64,000 nt of DNA from an uncultured bacterium (GTDB lineage: Bacteria; Verrucomicrobiota; Verrucomicrobiia; Verrucomicrobiales; DEV007), in assembly GCA_963977015.1 (NCBI GenBank), contig CAXBMO010000003.1, forward strand, positions 224,001-288,000, in the 5' to 3' direction. Within the stretch, counting starts at the first letter, position 1. Every line of letters begins with the position of its first letter. Positions 19,701 through 26,400 of the stretch are shown here, one piece after another. Made by a program: the position numbers and the translations under genes. The notes beneath the pieces are model-generated. The model searched no databases and was not told the origin of the DNA. It saw only the letters and a program-made list of their open reading frames with translations.

Positions 19701-22699
19701 GTTGTGCTCGGATCAATCTTCGCCCAGAAGGCAATCGTGACCTGATCATCCAGCGTTTCAAGTGAATCGGAAGTGGAGACTGAGACCCGTCCGTCGCTCA
19801 GCGCCTGACCGACACCGAATGGAGTGTCCGAGCTATAGGTGCCTCCGCTTCCATTATTCCCCAATCCGCTCTGATCCACTGCTGATCCATCATCGAAATT
19901 CCACAAGCCGGCCAACCCGCTCGAAAGCGTGCCGGCCTCAACACTCACCGTAACCTGGAAGTTTCCGTCATTGAGATACTGATGGTTTCCGGTGAAATCG
20001 GTGGTGCCATCGGTCAGGACCTCCGTATCCACAGTTCCATCGCCCCAGTCGATCACCACCGTATTGGTGCTGTTCCCTCCCAGGGTAAAACTACCGGTCA
20101 GTGAAACCGACTGGCTTTCCTGAATCGACGAGGTGTCCAGGTTGATGTTGACGTTGGAAGGAGCGACACCTGCATCAAGAACAAAGGTTCCCGCGATGTT
20201 GGGATCAAAGGTGTCGCTGTCCGCATCGGCATTGGTAACCTGGATTCCCGCCACGCCACTTAACGTTCCGGATCCGCCTTCGAAATCAGAGAGCAGGAAT
20301 GAGGTTAGCCGAGGATAGAGAGAACTCGTCGATGTGGTAATGATGTCCCCCTGTTCGCCGTAGTCCGATTCAAGAATGGTGAGTTGCCAATCCGCAATCA
20401 CGTTTCCGTCGGCATCCAGAGGCTTGATCAGCAACGTGTCGCCGGCTTGATCGAGAATGCTGATTTCCCCAAGGAAAATCGCAGTTTGATCGTTGATGAT
20501 CGGCGCATTGAAGGTGAACTCCACCGAAGAGGGATTGGTGAGCCCATTGGAAAGTCGCAATCCCGTCAGCGCCTCCGCAGCAGATGGCGCTGAGGCTTCC
20601 GTATGAAAGATCGCACCGCCAGATGCCGATGCTGAAACCGCGCCGACCAGATTCGTGTAAGTCACCCCGTCGCGAGACAATGCCTGGAGGTCAACATCGT
20701 CGCTCCCGCCATCACTATCACCGGTTGTGACAATCGCGACGGGACGCACCGAGCCGGTATACAGAGCCACATCATTCCCGTCAGGCCCCCACCAATAACT
20801 CAGCGTATAGTCGACCGTTCCCACTGTGACTGTTGCGCCTTCCATTAGCGCATTTCCTGCTCCATCGTTAAAATATCCGCTGGTGACACCGGAGGGATCC
20901 GTGTTGTCGATCAAGAGAAAGTTGTGAGCTGCAGGATTGGTGCCACTCGAGCTGATCAACAGGTCGGCGATCCCGTCACCGATGGTCACGTTTCCACTCG
21001 CCCGGACCACATCATTCCCCACCCCGGCCAACGCTTGAGCGTTGCTATCAATCTGCGCCTCAAAAACCGAGCCGGAGGTAAACGTCAATTCACCGACCAT
21101 CAGATCTCCCAACCCGCCGGTGGATGCCCCCGGGCTCAGAGTTCCGGAAACCGTGACCGCTGCATCCGTACTACCGGATCCTTTTAGAGTCGACCCCGAA
21201 CTGACTGTGAGAGTGCTGGCTCCTGACTGTGATCCGTTGAATACCAGGGTGGAACCGGGTTCTCCCGAAATCCCCACTACTGTGGGATCCGAGTAACTGT
21301 TGTCCCCGTTGAAGGTCACCGTATTTGGACCAACAATCGAAACGGGTTGGGTTGCGGATGAAAGTTTGGTAATCCTGCCGTTGACTACGATATCTGCACC
21401 TTCGGTATCAAAGACGAGCCCCGAATTGTATTGAGCCCGATGTCGTAAATCAAGGTTGAGGGTCTGAGTCTCAGATGATCGATTGACAATATCAGCCGTT
21501 CCCGATGGGTTCCCCAACATATCCAACGCGATGGATCCTCCGCCCGTCTTATTGCCAGTTAAGGTGTAGGCTCCTGCGCCAGATTCAAAAATGACGCTCT
21601 CGATGTTGTACCCTCCTCCGTCTCCCGCAAAATTCACATTGGAGTTCAGGCCCGTCGTTCCGTCAAAGATGATCGTATCCCAGTCACTGGAATTAGAATC
21701 ATCAGGAAGGGTGTCGGGAGTCCAGTTCTCGATGGTGTCCCAGTTGGAATCCGTCCCACCCCCATCCCACGTGTAAGTCGCAAAGTGAATCCCCTCCAGA
21801 CTTCCCGCAACCACACCATCCGCCTGACCGTCCGAGGCGAGTCGACGTTCCCCGTCTTCAAAAAAGGCGTACATGATGTTCTGCGAAGAGGATTCATAAA
21901 CATCGTTCAATCCCAGAATGTGCCCCTGCTCGTGCATCAAAATGCTAAGCAAATCAAGGCGTCCATCTGCGCCTGAATCAGCGTCCGCGAATAACTGTGT
22001 CTCGCCTTCGATCAGCGAGGAAAATTCTTCGTTTTGCAGGGGAGTTTCATCAATGAACCAGGTTCTGCCGGCAGCATCGGCGTCGATGGTGACCACATTT
22101 CCCTCAACAGCACCAAGATAATTCCCCGGCAAATCCACAACCTGATAAACCACGTTGGCCAACGCGAGGGATTGCTCCTCGCTCAGCCCGGTCATACGCC
22201 ACCGTTCGGCCGCCGCCTCGGCCATCCAGTTCACCACATCCGGACTCAACTCTGAATCAACCGCTTCATTTGAAAAATGCCCCCATTCATCGATCTCCAA
22301 GAGACTCTCGCCAATCACCTCCATCGTATCCTCCTCTTCGGTGCCAAGTTCGACGCTTTCGGTGGACTCAGCACCGCCTTCCGCGCCCGACGCCTCGGTT
22401 TCGTCGGCCAACAGATAGACTTCCGTATCGAGCACGGGCTCCGTTGCGACCGCAGAACTCTGCGGCGTTTCACGGTGACCTTCTGCTGGCAGTTGATCGT
22501 CAGAAGCGGTATCGGGAGCCTCTTGCGATGGTTCCGGGGCCGAATCCGATTCCGCTTCCGGCGCTCCTCCATCCACGGGTGCGGCCGAGTAGAGAATGCG
22601 AGGCTCGAGGTTTTCGAGGAGCATTTTTTCGTCAGCCGACTTTTTGGGGTCCGATTTTTCGCGGCCGAGGAGGCGATCCAGGAAGGAGCTATCTTTCAT
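7727..22699 (-). CDS. Giant (4990 aa) LEPR-xLL surface/adhesin-like protein: metzincin-like module, beta-helix/autotransporter-associated strand repeats, PKD, 2 LamG, 3 MAM and a C-terminal Ig-like domain
   Basis: Single 15-kb ORF. Motifs LENLEPRILYS, HEQGHILGLND, 'LTKTGTGRLTLSGDSSYAG' repeats, IDWGDG (PKD), 'DNQWHHIVF...MDEVALW' (LamG) and 'DHT..YLYIETS..YHM..DIALDD' (MAM). Rich in G/T/S/D. Confidence 0.9.
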   Translation of the reverse strand: MKDSSFLDRLLGREKSDPKKSADEKMLLENLEPRILYSAAPVDGGAPEAESDSAPEPSQEAPDTASDDQLPAEGHRETPQSSAVATEPVLDTEVYLLADETEASGAEGGAESTESVELGTEEEDTMEVIGESLLEIDEWGHFSNEAVDSELSPDVVNWMAEAAAERWRMTGLSEEQSLALANVVYQVVDLPGNYLGAVEGNVVTIDADAAGRTWFIDETPLQNEEFSSLIEGETQLFADADSGADGRLDLLSILMHEQGHILGLNDVYESSSQNIMYAFFEDGERRLASDGQADGVVAGSLEGIHFATYTWDGGGTDSNWDTIENWTPDTLPDDSNSSDWDTIIFDGTTGLNSNVNFAGDGGGYNIESVIFESGAGAYTLTGNKTGGGSIALDMLGNPSGTADIVNRSSETQTLNLDLRHRAQYNSGLVFDTEGADIVVNGRITKLSSATQPVSIVGPNTVTFNGDNSYSDPTVVGISGEPGSTLVFNGSQSGASTLTVSSGSTLKGSGSTDAAVTVSGTLSPGASTGGLGDLMVGELTFTSGSVFEAQIDSNAQALAGVGNDVVRASGNVTIGDGIADLLISSSGTNPAAHNFLLIDNTDPSGVTSGYFNDGAGNALMEGATVTVGTVDYTLSYWWGPDGNDVALYTGSVRPVAIVTTGDSDGGSDDVDLQALSRDGVTYTNLVGAVSASASGGAIFHTEASAPSAAEALTGLRLSNGLTNPSSVEFTFNAPIINDQTAIFLGEISILDQAGDTLLIKPLDADGNVIADWQLTILESDYGEQGDIITTSTSSLYPRLTSFLLSDFEGGSGTLSGVAGIQVTNADADSDTFDPNIAGTFVLDAGVAPSNVNINLDTSSIQESQSVSLTGSFTLGGNSTNTVVIDWGDGTVDTEVLTDGTTDFTGNHQYLNDGNFQVTVSVEAGTLSSGLAGLWNFDDGSAVDQSGLGNNGSGGTYSSDTPFGVGQALSDGRVSVSTSDSLETLDDQVTIAFWAKIDPSTTDNWERTIVKAGGGEGWHVGRYSNSTDLNIRTDTTGTDGANNQNKLWAGDDTLDNQWHHIVFTLDNGVAKQFVDGVLVQTDSYLHGDGLGNSGTLYIGDTNLGGSMDEVALWSRILTDDEIRDASGPIHIGGDSTFATVTVSDVPPVVDTLQIVSKDAQTGEMTLQIDFTDPGSLDEHKAVIDWGDGNAVTEVLLTTGARTLQSNHTYASPATHQISVTVLDRLGDAVGIWSFDDGNAQDSSGNANDGTGGSYSTDVADVFGGGQSLDGAGSAVTVANSLSLEGIDDEMTLSFWVKGDSSEGSWVRVIRKGTEAGGTTSWLVTRYGSTDDLLIRTDTTGTGGNFNGNQHDGQGGPILDDTWHHVVYVLNNGLSQEYVDGVLTNQENYAHGDGLSNTEPLTIGTALNASLLDEVILYDRALTSGQVASLSTGPNVAEARDAGSLDFTFGTTIYVNDDWGASSGDSVDGDVEVGGNQGALFGTDAFDNFADAVNALNPVEDVTLIINAGDYSGQDLDLSGLTNNVTVKFVGGDSSIASLTGGTNVTVELGGVDGTHTTATTLTVGSGDFAGVISGEGGLTKTGTGRLTLSGDSSYAGVTQIDGGNLRISHDGALGAATGKTTIDQANKARLELTGGITIGDTIELTGSQQNVPALDNISGDNTITAQLSIVGGSSRIRSSAGNLTFAGGVGASGNAFFVVNATGGAIHFTTNPINLNSGTFYTDSGGLTTIGVAGNTWSSTTLTSGTLRLDVDNALASSATFRHSGLGYGSGGTLDLNGTSQTVASLFSGGTNQSALDAVVTSATAATLTVNQSGDTTYRGTIDGAVTLAKDGSGTLTLTGANNYVGSTNAVAGSLVVDGGSISGTDTVSIDAGKLQVVNNGSVAVTNGVSNAAGSGTLQIDDGTMTVGNGLDVDSLRVGFDALDASLTVQDGDVLIGDGTGILDIGRRNGPSGADAKGIVNLSGADSVTIDVDEIRLGTDATTDFGQGGSAEGDLTLSTAGTNTVTASSFLMGSVESGSNLTRVSELHLGGAANVFNLDSLTVGGRKSVGFIDIVDGGTFTLAGDANAETDFQIGYNDGSGTGTNPDLSQVDLTGGTFNAALDELVIGAHHSGSGSGKGVLTYTAGTVTANSAVLAAPDSGGSSSNDANTRGTLNLGGGVLDLQNGTLSEGGGTRTFAFTDGTLKDIDLIGFSLNQQGGIIQIGEDGASDTMTVDGDFTLTAGTLHFDLHGLGGPGAADGHDQLIVNGELNLDDTNSTIAFDLSGYTPTSSDPAIVLISNNDPAGAADATDAVSGFFASHPDADGDGFSDLFSVSDGSSSYVFRINYAGGDGNDVVLESFGLAETSVELVDNGGVDDLVITDMESDSEDRLEISFDDARDVYIIHDPNLILSSSLPAGTVTQVDVNTIEVAASAVTGGIRFETANGADAAAPSGFDQVTITSLPEPATTPNAIPTSLVVNAEQIVLGSNVVSGSTQTYNGAVTLGADVTLTAGGDVTFASTVDSDTTARALIVNTGNNSATTFGDFVGTTAALASLSTNADGALSLGQDVTTVGDQTYNDATATLTAGVTMTGANVTLGSVFSNSGNGLGVDAETIDVTGGIDGQGGLIRLNASSTTEVGVHIGISAALATSGGGTISLAGSGGVLVEADVTTEKGNITITGSASVDDGVAIVGATVSSTGQGRIEISGSGGDGSSTFAVDSDAGSSISTADGFILVETTTGSARIGGNVDSGAHTLTLDSAEDLNLVDTTVVGGTINLEADSDVNLTSGVSISGPDAALGNVVIHSQNFESFPQGSTNAGANVGLPAGEGWGNARYEPGPDTLDFVSDRDGTPSPETGPGADHTHGDSTGTYLFLETSGTVDAGEFSHLLSPVIDLTGQTNSAVEFFYHMYSQPGTGMGTLTVQGSSDGGATWSADLLSVSGDQGDSWNQAVLDLSSFDNSAQFQLRIIGTKGTDYRGDIALDDFRFYADSGDLLVEDFETFGQGPTSNPRPHQTLPEASGWVNLGSVPVDQIDWSPDKGGTPSGGTGPGTDHTLGNANGTYLYIETSNPIEQGDTATLYSPTLDLSNHSTVSVDFWYHMLGGQMGDLKVYGSADGGSTWSAELFSVSGSQGNVWNQTPSIDLNAFAGSSNFVLRVDGIAGPLTSSTYQSDIALDDFRFYGELVTNTQITITADADQDGNGSGGAINMADGSTVNAGNGNVRLSADEDITVSSITTTATITAISTSGAIVDGGDSGTDLVASAFVATAAAGVGMSGNSLDTQLNNLEADGGTGGVFVSNTGDLVLGDAGAGLGIISTEGATVSIDSTNDLTVAANTIVRSSTVNLSADNDVSFLTGSQIQGPTQVTLLNETFDSFAQGSTSARATNIPLGNGWTNLQGTDDLDWSPDAEGTVSGGTGPTADHTTGNSTGKFLYIETSDPVLEGETATLYSPTLDLSGMQTANLEFHYHMYAQIDRGGGATDMGTLKAYGSTDGSNWTELFSVTENQGNQWNQATVSLDAFLGSPNFVLRVDGIAGAVSGDVSLGYQSDIAIDDFTITAVPVAGTVNVTVTADANGDANGSGGAIDMADGSSIVAGGGTVALSADGNVTVSSISSSGNVGITSGNGEILDRGESPDITAGTLTLNGEAAPGLGTFGTLEVSGDLDLDSNAQLTFEISGTTVGTNHDQVKVTGLVTLSDATFNGALGYAPNVGDQFIIIDNDGTDDDVVGVFTGLSEGTFLDLSYSGTSYTFSITYEGGDGNDVVLTAEGVAETEITQDGSGNLIITDITSDSNDTLTITPGANATLGQDGYTISDPNHIIATDVPGAVRISKNEVFFAYSVLENIDPNAEIRFNTGAGDDRLTVDLGTNAADVIHQKIVFNGGENSGDADELVVVNDGSTPLGTVTQTFTGAETGTIDLDSSGSVEIETTQLEAVDTTGSTVADLVLNLPAGDNADVVLRNSTNAGEMELVGSTFAPTTFSVPAGSLTINGGSDADAITIESLDSSFASDLIVNTGGGTDSVTISQALDFNGNLAITAETITLNASVDTTSGNQTYNGTLQQGTSGPMTLTAAEIYFNGDTTLQSGSSHEFQIRANTATNTAGNLFNINGGRFKLVGGTELINDGQMETGTNRLFPIFATSESTNKITNNGTFTINSTQLRLYVELTNTATGTVVMENPSGKSEVEFKQSGSTGPGGAIRNFGTITLSGTADHQFHEGGPGLINESGGIINFNDGGTVTVAENAKFTNNDGGIVNLNSSGTWTINSSEVISDGTVNLRSDFTLGGSNVLTFGASGILELSPVTGNRTLTLNNPGITTSGTTNFSADGSITLDGSGTFTNDGIFNHAYGGNNDNLVIGGSVTFQNNGTFDLKNRGDVQFLDGSTAEFVNNGTLKKSAAGSDPSFFFSFDKNSGTFTQTANGTVLAEAGRLRIASENVSSDAAGTWMADGGDIELGGTWTGTVTGTTTGSSALRITYSDNGSIETNFAAGAGGITFDVGGNGVIWNEQTIDTSAGDLINANILNITAEAGGGSAKVLTGTGSLITANGAITTITGTTVTGTSGPARLLIADGGTLRGSGTLETLIDGSVGSAIIADGALSLGIASEISFSTAGSIEVGLQTVTLLDSGLAAIGASTTLNGGTLIAANGLSMSSGDILGGHGTVDATVSVDSGTIEPGDIGDSTETLVVKSIDFGTGTVTMQVDGAEPGEHDVIQVTGTVDLDGATLDVSGIADPENGVEIVVIDNDDTDAVISTFSGLAEGAIVDVGGTRFKISYVGGDGNDVVLIRSVAPAVAAPGGVANNTGDSGTVAPAPSTTETAPEPEEVTESGPNFNGITGIYQILAGGGSIFVGARVDPVEAAFAGNGGGGTGSSSSGPAGISGINQSGVSSVLNGLPPLSTLTPFFAGTGQAGGQITVMISDGAGGFSYSQTVQVDAAGNWMMALNGVQLDDRQYTITVQPVGAIIDLGGSENAMPRLMGRFSSAMPDPNQVLSFGDIFGQIIDGESPEEALKQLE

Positions 22700-22781
22700 A
22701 TGTAGGAGGTTGGCGAGTTTTCAATCGCTTGGATTGTGGTGCAAAAGGGGGATTTAGAGATGGGGGTGTCTTCTAGACACG

Positions 22782-22819
22782 AAAAAGCCTGCGTGTGGCT
22801 AATTCGTACATCGCAGGCT
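22782..22819 (-). terminator. Intrinsic-terminator-like hairpin in the 5' leader of giant gene 1
   Basis: Minus-strand AGCCUGCG-A-UGU-(11 nt)-ACA-CGCAGGCU followed by UUUUC. A paralogous hairpin at 49105-49143 has a compensatory pair change. Confidence 0.65.
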
Positions 22820-23215
22820 ATTCGCTGAAACGGGGTTCCAAGAAAGGAGGAAAGGAAGGACGCTTTCGCCTTCTTGAGGCTGAAAGTTTCCACCAAAAAG
22901 TAACGCGTAGCGCCGCTGTAAACCGGAGAGGGTTCGCCGGACGGACTCAGCGCGTCGACGGATCTGACTGGAGATCGCAGAAGCTTGCTTCTCCGCGAGA
23001 CGAATCGTGCGTTCGAAACGGGGCGTCCATGAATAGAGACGGATCCAGCGATCCGTGGCTGCCGTCGCGATTGTCGTTTCACGCTCAGGCGATTCGTCCG
23101 ACGACAACATTTCTGGCAAATCCCGCGCTGAGTCCTCATCCACCAGCAATCCGCGTTCCGGCTCGGAAGCAGCGGAAAGCGTCCAGGTTGGTAGGTGTTC
23201 AGTGGATATTACCAT
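22799..23215 (-). CDS. Conserved leader ORF (138 aa) upstream of giant gene 1; function unknown
   Basis: Paralog of 49096-49539. In the core 22877-22975, 28/33 aa are identical and 17 of those 28 codons differ synonymously. Start placed at MVIS (23215) to match the paralog; the track extends it to 23227. Confidence 0.75.
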   Translation of the reverse strand: MVISTEHLPTWTLSAASEPERGLLVDEDSARDLPEMLSSDESPERETTIATAATDRWIRLYSWTPRFERTIRLAEKQASAISSQIRRRAESVRRTLSGLQRRYALLFGGNFQPQEGESVLPFLLSWNPVSANSLRCTN

Positions 23216-23299
23216 GTTCGCAAGCATCCGAAGCTATCCGGTTACGTCAAATTGACCAAACCAGAATCTGAATCTCATCAACACTTCTGAATACTGTTG

Positions 23300-23356
23300 C
23301 ATTTAGCGGCAGTTCAACGAGTTACGCAAATAACGCACCGTTATCCTTTCGTATAG
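23300..23356 (-). promoter_or_regulatory. Putative sigma70-like promoter (TTGCGT-N18-TAAATG) with upstream box CTATACGAAAGGATAA
   Basis: Islands of identity with 49624-49680 at identical spacing within otherwise diverged DNA; 85 nt from the leader ATG in both copies. Confidence 0.55.
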
Positions 23357-23440
23357 GTGTATCAGTAAGGCACCGCGGTTTTCTGAGTGAAACCAGGGCT
23401 TCCTCTGCCCCCTTTTTCACTAATCTCACCTTTTCAGATT

Positions 23441-26400
23441 TCACAGCTTCTCCTGCAACTGGTTGATGGCGTCTTCAGGAACTGTGGCATCGATGATCAG
23501 GCCATAGATGTCTCCCAAGGTCAGTTCTTCTTCCGTGCTCAACCCGGGAATCACACCGCCGCGGAAGCTTCCAGTCCGGAAAATCGAACTACTTCCCTCT
23601 TCCATTGCAATAATTGGGGCCACTTCCTGGATCGTGATGCTGTAGGTCCGGTCTTCCAGCGCAATTCCGGAAAGGGATGCCGACCAATTGCCGGCTGCGT
23701 CGGCCTGAACCGTCGTTGTGTAACTGAAGCCACCGGCTCCGTCGCTGATCGTAACGACAATCTGAGCGCCCACTGCAGAGGTGCCCGCAAAGAACGGGGT
23801 GAGCGAAAAGACCGGCGGCAAGGACGGCAAAACGCTGGAATCCCCACTCCGAATCGCAGCTAGGTCGATGACTTGTCCCTCGGGATTAAGCAATTGTCCG
23901 TTAACGAATCGGTAGCCCGAGGCTCCCTCCGGCAATTCATCGAGACGCAGCCCGGCAAAGACGCCGGAGTCGCCAAAGCCGTTCAAAAGGATCTGCAACG
24001 CATTGAAGTCCGCGTTTTCACCTTGTTGCCCGGCCGCATTCGACCCTGGAGTAGTGGCAGTGGCGCCATCAGTCGCGGTCGCGGCCGCCGATTTGGTCTT
24101 GCCTTGTTGAACCACTGAAACCTGCAGGGCATTGCTCTGGTCGGTGCCATCTTGAACCTCGACCACGAACCACCTCGCTCCAGGTGTCGGATCGCTCAGA
24201 TCCTTGTTGCTGTAGACCACCGCGCGCAAGGCCTGTTCCATGGCCTTGGCTGAAACCCCGCCGGGTCCAGCCGAAATGGTCAAGGTTCCCGAGCCTCGAT
24301 CGAATCTCTGGCTCAACCCGGCCGGCAAGGCGATTGCAGAGAGGCGGTCCTCGTCCGGCTGATAGCCGCCGTGAATCTGAATCGTGGCCGATGTCACCAG
24401 GTTGGCTTGGGTCACCCGAATACTGGGGAACAGTCCAATCGGTCCCTGCCCCACCCCATGGACCAGGCTATCGTTAATGCTGACCCCGAGCAGCACTGGC
24501 ACCAAGTTGTCAGACTCGATCCCCGTAAAATGAACCGGCTTCAATGCTGATGCGGCAGACGGGAAGGTGTAGGTCCCTTCGCCAACCCCGGTTGAGGCGA
24601 GTTGAGGATTGGGACCAAGCACGACGAGAGCGTCGCCGGGCAACGTTGTCGGGTCGCCGCCATTGACAAAAATCTCCGTCGTCTCGCTCGGCTGGACAAC
24701 GATCGCGTCACGATCGTCGCCCGTGTTGATGGTGAGGCTGGCCGCCGCCACCGTGCCGCGGAATTCCACGAGGGATCCGGTCGTGTTGGCATCAATTCCG
24801 GCGTCGGCATTGACCACCACGTCGCCTGTCGCCATCACAGTCGCGCTCTCGGCGAAGCTGAAGTCGCCCTCGGTGTTGAACACCACGGTCCCGACCGAAG
24901 TCACGTTCACGGCCACGTTCAACGAGGTTCCACTGGTAACGTCCAAACTCGTCAGAGCCGTGCCTGCGCCCAGATTGGCTCCCAGTCTAACTTCTCCCAT
25001 GGTCGACACTGTCAGGTCATGCCCACCGTCCACGGTTCCCTGGAACGCAATGATTCCACCACCCCTGCTGCTCGCAATGACGTCCCCAACCAAGTCAACC
25101 GGATCGCCAAATGTCATTGCGCCCGTCGTGGTGACATCGGCAGCAATCGTCGTGGTTCCAGCTGCATCCGTGCTCAGGCTCGCCAAGACAACCGAACCCC
25201 CAATCGTTCCACCGAAACGGGTGGTTCCGGAAGTGTTGACCGTCAGACCCTTGTTTCCGTCAATGGTGCTCTCAAAATCAACGGCGCCGCCGCCGCTGCT
25301 CGCCAGCGTTACTCCTGAGCTGCTTCCGCCAAGCTGAACAGCCCCATTGTAATCCTGCGAACCGCCAGTCGTCACATTGCTGTTCAGATTGATCGTTTCC
25401 GCGTTAATGACGAGATCGCCTCCAATCGCAAACGGGCTGGAAATCGTAACCGAATCAATGTCCGCGGCGGCGCTTGGATTCGCGGTATTCACGATCAACC
25501 CGCCGCTAACAGCAGAGACCTTTACCCGGATCTCGTCCGCGTTGACCCGGGTTGCGTCCGATTCGGCGATGGTCGTGGTCAGATTCAAAGGCGTGGAATT
25601 GACGTCTTTAATCACAAAGTAGTTCTCGCCGGAAATGTTCGCCATCGAGATGTCGAGTTGGTCGGCTGACTCGTTGTTGAAGTCGTCAATCACCAAATCA
25701 CCGCCCACGATCGAAACCCGGGTTTCCGCCAGGCCGAACGACGTCAGCACCACATTGTTGCCCGCACCGGTCCCGTCCTCCGTGTCGTACTGAATCTGGA
25801 AGACGTATTGATTGCCATCGACTGTTGAGGTCAAATCAAAGACCTCTCCATCAACCAGCCCAGCGAAGGTTCCGACAATTGGATCCGAGGTGCCGTCGTT
25901 GTCGAGAATGACAAACGTCTGCCCACGGGACGGAATGAAATTCAGGGTCAGGTCGAGGGTTGCATTGCCCAAATCGACCGTTCCGTTGGCTGCCATATCA
26001 TCGACAATCAGTTGATCGTGACCACCCGCAACACCCGCACCGCTCTGACCGTCCAGGGAAATCTCAAGCGTCGCGCCGGTGGTTGTCGTGAAATCGCCAT
26101 CCACCGACATGGTGTCAATGGCCCCGTCGTCGCCGATCTGGATGATGCCGCCCTGTTGATTGACCGAAAAGCCGATCGAATCGACGTCTTTCAACGTGCC
26201 GTCAGTGAAGGTGAATAGATGAGTTCCGCCGCCTTCGGTGATGGTACCGTTCTGGAGATCGAGAATTCCGCCGCCGAAATTCAAGGTTCCCCTCGTGTTG
26301 GAATCGTTGGATGAACTACCGCCGAAATCCGGGTCAGCCAGAACAACCGAGTTTGCCGTGACCGTGCCCACGGTATAGGTCAGAACGCCCTTGCCGTTGC

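Noticed and set aside
22904-22916. GGCGCTACGC as a possible RfaH ops element
   Set aside because: Does not match GGCGGTAG, and its conservation is explained by the RRYA codons.
22696-23139. Alternative-frame minus-strand ORFs in the leaders (22696-23139, 49047-49463); the first ends in an ATGA overlap with gene 1
   Set aside because: Substitutions are synonymous in the MVIST frame, not in this one, and the ATGA overlap is not preserved in copy 2.
22795-23271. Plus-strand ORFs over the leaders (22795-23271, 49173-49547)
   Set aside because: Weaker peptide similarity, explained by the conserved minus-strand ORF; starts are not equivalent.
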